NCBI GenBank assembly: GCA_043775635.1
Contig: JAYVSE010000111.1
Location: 11,002-75,001 of the forward strand
Reading direction: 5' to 3'
DNA from: Planctomycetaceae bacterium
GTDB taxonomy: Bacteria; Planctomycetota; Planctomycetia; Pirellulales; Pirellulaceae
Length of the DNA stretch: 64,000 bases
Part shown: in pieces, positions 62,431 through 64,000 of the stretch
Layout: each line of letters starts with the position of its first letter
How positions within the stretch are numbered: position 1 is the first letter of the stretch
Notes under the pieces: generated by a model
Databases searched by the model: none
Seen by the model: the letters and a program-made list of their open reading frames with translations, nothing else
Told to the model about the DNA's origin: nothing
Translations under genes and position numbers: made by a program

Positions 62431-63333
62431 ATGACGACTGCCACCACACCCCGCGTTGACATCTACACTCGCATCACCGCCCACATCGTCGAAGAACTGG
62501 AACGGGGCGTTCGCCCGTGGCTCAAGCCTTGGAACGCCGAACATGCCGCCGGACGCATTACGCGACCTTTGCGGCACAACGGGCAGCCCTACAACGGCAT
62601 CAACATCTTGATGCTCTGGGCTTCTGCGGAATTGCAGGGGTTCGACTGCCCGTTCTGGATGACGTTTCAGCAGGCGAAGGAACTCGGCGGATTCGTGAAG
62701 AAGGGAGAACACGGCTCGCCCGTCGTCTACGCCAGCACCTTCAAAAAGAAGGACCAGAGCGACGAAGGACAGGAGACCGAGGCCGAGATTCCGTTTCTGA
62801 AGGAATACAGGGTCTTCAATGCTCTCCAGTGCGAAGGACTGCCCCCGCACTTCACGGCCCTTGCCGAGCCGCCGAAAGAGACACTCGCCCGCATCGAACA
62901 GGCCGAGACGTTCTTCGCCCACACCAAGGCCGACATCCGCACCGGCGGCAATCGAGCCTTCTATGCGGTGGACTCGGACTACGTGCGGATGCCGCCCTTC
63001 GAGACCTTCGTCGATGCCGAATCGCACGCGGCGACACTGGCCCACGAGTTGACCCACTGGACACGGCACCCTTCCCGCCTCAACCGGGAGTTCGGCCGCA
63101 AACGTTGGGGCGATGAAGGCTATGCAATGGAAGAACTGGTCGCCGAGTTGGGATCGGCGTTTCTCTGTGCCGACCTGCACATCACGCCCGAAGTGCGGGA
63201 AGACCACGCCGCCTATCTCGCCAACTGGCTGAAGGTCTTGAAGGACGACAAGCGGGCGATCTTCTCCGCCGCGTCTCACGCATCCAAAGCAGTGGACTTC
63301 CTGCACGGCCTGCAACCACAGCCGGAAGCCTGA
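62431..63333 (+). CDS. ardC: ArdC-like antirestriction protein (ssDNA-binding N-domain plus zincin metalloprotease domain)
   Basis: ATG at 62431 with a GAGGGAG RBS. IYTRITAHIVEELERGVRPWLKPW...PYNGINILMLW is the DUF1738/ArdC N-terminus. The HExxH motif is in ATLAHELTHWTRH. Confidence 0.85.
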   Translation: MTTATTPRVDIYTRITAHIVEELERGVRPWLKPWNAEHAAGRITRPLRHNGQPYNGINILMLWASAELQGFDCPFWMTFQQAKELGGFVKKGEHGSPVVYASTFKKKDQSDEGQETEAEIPFLKEYRVFNALQCEGLPPHFTALAEPPKETLARIEQAETFFAHTKADIRTGGNRAFYAVDSDYVRMPPFETFVDAESHAATLAHELTHWTRHPSRLNREFGRKRWGDEGYAMEELVAELGSAFLCADLHITPEVREDHAAYLANWLKVLKDDKRAIFSAASHASKAVDFLHGLQPQPEA

Positions 63334-63343
63334 TCGGTTTGAA

Positions 63344-63380
63344 CCACACTCCCGGCCGCTTTGCGGCGGTCGGGTTTTCC
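63344..63380 (+). terminator. Copy 1 of a repeated post-stop GC hairpin cassette (ccacactcccggccgcTTTGcggcggtcgggtttt)
   Basis: Starts 10 nt after the ardC stop. Bulged stem cccg-gccgc / gcggc-ggt-cggg, followed by tttt. A near-identical copy is at 63650. Confidence 0.45.
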
Positions 63381-63414
63381 TCCCTTCGCTATTCCTTTCA
63401 ACGGAGCTTCCGTC

Positions 63415-63639
63415 ATGGACCAGAATCAAACCAGCCTTGACCTCTTCCCCTTCACGACGTTGCGGCGGGCGAGTCTCTCGACGTTCTACGTCATCTGCCC
63501 TTGTTGCGAGTCTCGCGTCGATGCGTTCCCTACCGGCAGCGACCACGCACGCCACCTTGTCGTCTGTGAACTGTGCGACTCGTCCTTTGACTACACCGAC
63601 AAGGACATACGGCAGACCGAAGACGAACCGACCGCCTGA
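63415..63639 (+). CDS. Small zinc-ribbon protein
   Basis: ATG at 63415. Two CxxC pairs (CPCCESRVD...VCELCDSSF). Confidence 0.5.
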   Translation: MDQNQTSLDLFPFTTLRRASLSTFYVICPCCESRVDAFPTGSDHARHLVVCELCDSSFDYTDKDIRQTEDEPTA

Positions 63640-63649
63640 TCCACTTGAC

Positions 63650-63686
63650 CCACACTCCCGGCCGCTCTGCGGCGGTCGGATTCTCT
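63650..63686 (+). repeat. Copy 2 of the post-stop GC hairpin cassette
   Basis: ccacactcccggccgcTCTGcggcggtcggattctc starts 10 nt after the stop at 63639. It is followed, as in copy 1, by ggagcttcc(g/a)tcATGGAC. Confidence 0.6.
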
Positions 63687-63721
63687 TCTGCTCACTCACG
63701 ATCTTTCAAGGAGCTTCCATC

Positions 63722-64000
63722 ATGGACCCCCATCAAACGTTTCTCGACATGTTTCAGGCGATGAAGGACGAAGACCACGCGACCGCAAGGGAACTGGCCC
63801 AAGCCCTGCAATGCTGGTTTGCCAAGGGCGGGTTCTATCCTGATCAATACTCGCCCGAGGCGATCCACACTTACATTGCGTCTGTCCTGCGTCGCACGGC
63901 CGGACGCCAGAAGCCCGAACTGCCGTTCAGTCTCGTATGCACCGATTGCGACGCGGGCGAAGGGATCGCAACCGAAGAGGAGGCGATGGACGAAGGCTGG
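63722..64000 (+). CDS. 'MDPH...GGF.P' family small protein, 3' end beyond the window
   Basis: Not in the ORF track because there is no stop before the window end. My translation: MDPHQTFLDMFQAMKDEDHATARELAQALQCWFAKGGFYPDQYSPEAIHTYIASVLRRTAGRQ... It is a paralog of 23765-23998. Confidence 0.5.
   Translation, partial: MDPHQTFLDMFQAMKDEDHATARELAQALQCWFAKGGFYPDQYSPEAIHTYIASVLRRTAGRQKPELPFSLVCTDCDAGEGIATEEEAMDEGW

Noticed and set aside
61953-62462. 5' extension of the PP2C ORF to 511 aa
   Set aside because: The extension is Arg/Gly/Ala-rich low complexity and overlaps the ardC promoter and start region. PP2C homology begins well downstream of the ATG at 61952. An alternative start slightly upstream cannot be excluded.
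62233-63699. 488-aa ORF on the minus strand
   Set aside because: It is antisense to ardC (clear ArdC N-terminus and HExxH) and to the zinc-ribbon gene. Its composition is Arg/Gly/Val-rich with no motif.

Overview
Coding-dense 64-kb window, mostly about 55-60% GC by eye. All domain calls come from motif reading only; no searches were run. The protein style (many GTG/TTG starts, ECF sigma/anti-sigma pairs, signal-peptide proteins) is reminiscent of Planctomycetota, but this is unverified.

Five blocks:
(1) nt 1-18.2 kb, plus strand. A tightly coupled six-gene operon is led by a divergent Hsp70-like ATPase whose 5' end is cut by the window edge. It continues with an orphan 1117-aa protein, a 4-TM protein, a Calx-beta-like repeat protein, a coiled-coil anchor protein and a MIDAS-intact vWA protein. 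Next comes an IS5/IS1182-type transposase fragment fused in frame to a MacB/LolD-type ABC ATPase, then an FtsX-type permease and a secreted TPR/PKD protein with a 16-Cys tail.
(2) 18.4-50.4 kb. A mosaic of integrated plasmid/ICE-like DNA. It holds two intact and one truncated tyrosine recombinase, RepA with three 18-bp iterons, a primase, a replication-relaxation protein, two coupling-type ATPases, ParB, DUF932, an HNH pair, RelE/Phd and an rve-type IS. Its cargo includes a secreted caspase-like protease.
(3) 50.4-57.8 kb. A lower-GC island carrying a three-gene dynamin-like operon: two intact GTPases flank a paralog with a degenerate P-loop.
(4) 57.8-62 kb. A translationally coupled PP2C/SpoIIE - ECF sigma - anti-sigma - secreted trypsin-like protease operon.
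(5) 62.4-64 kb. An ArdC-led module that looks like the start of a second, inverted copy of the element family seen in block 2.

No rRNA, tRNA or CRISPR array was seen. The best candidates for an undescribed system are the Hsp70-like/vWA envelope operon (1-13 kb) and the triple dynamin-like operon flanked by two 'sigma / single-pass TM protein / secreted protease' cassettes (44-61 kb).
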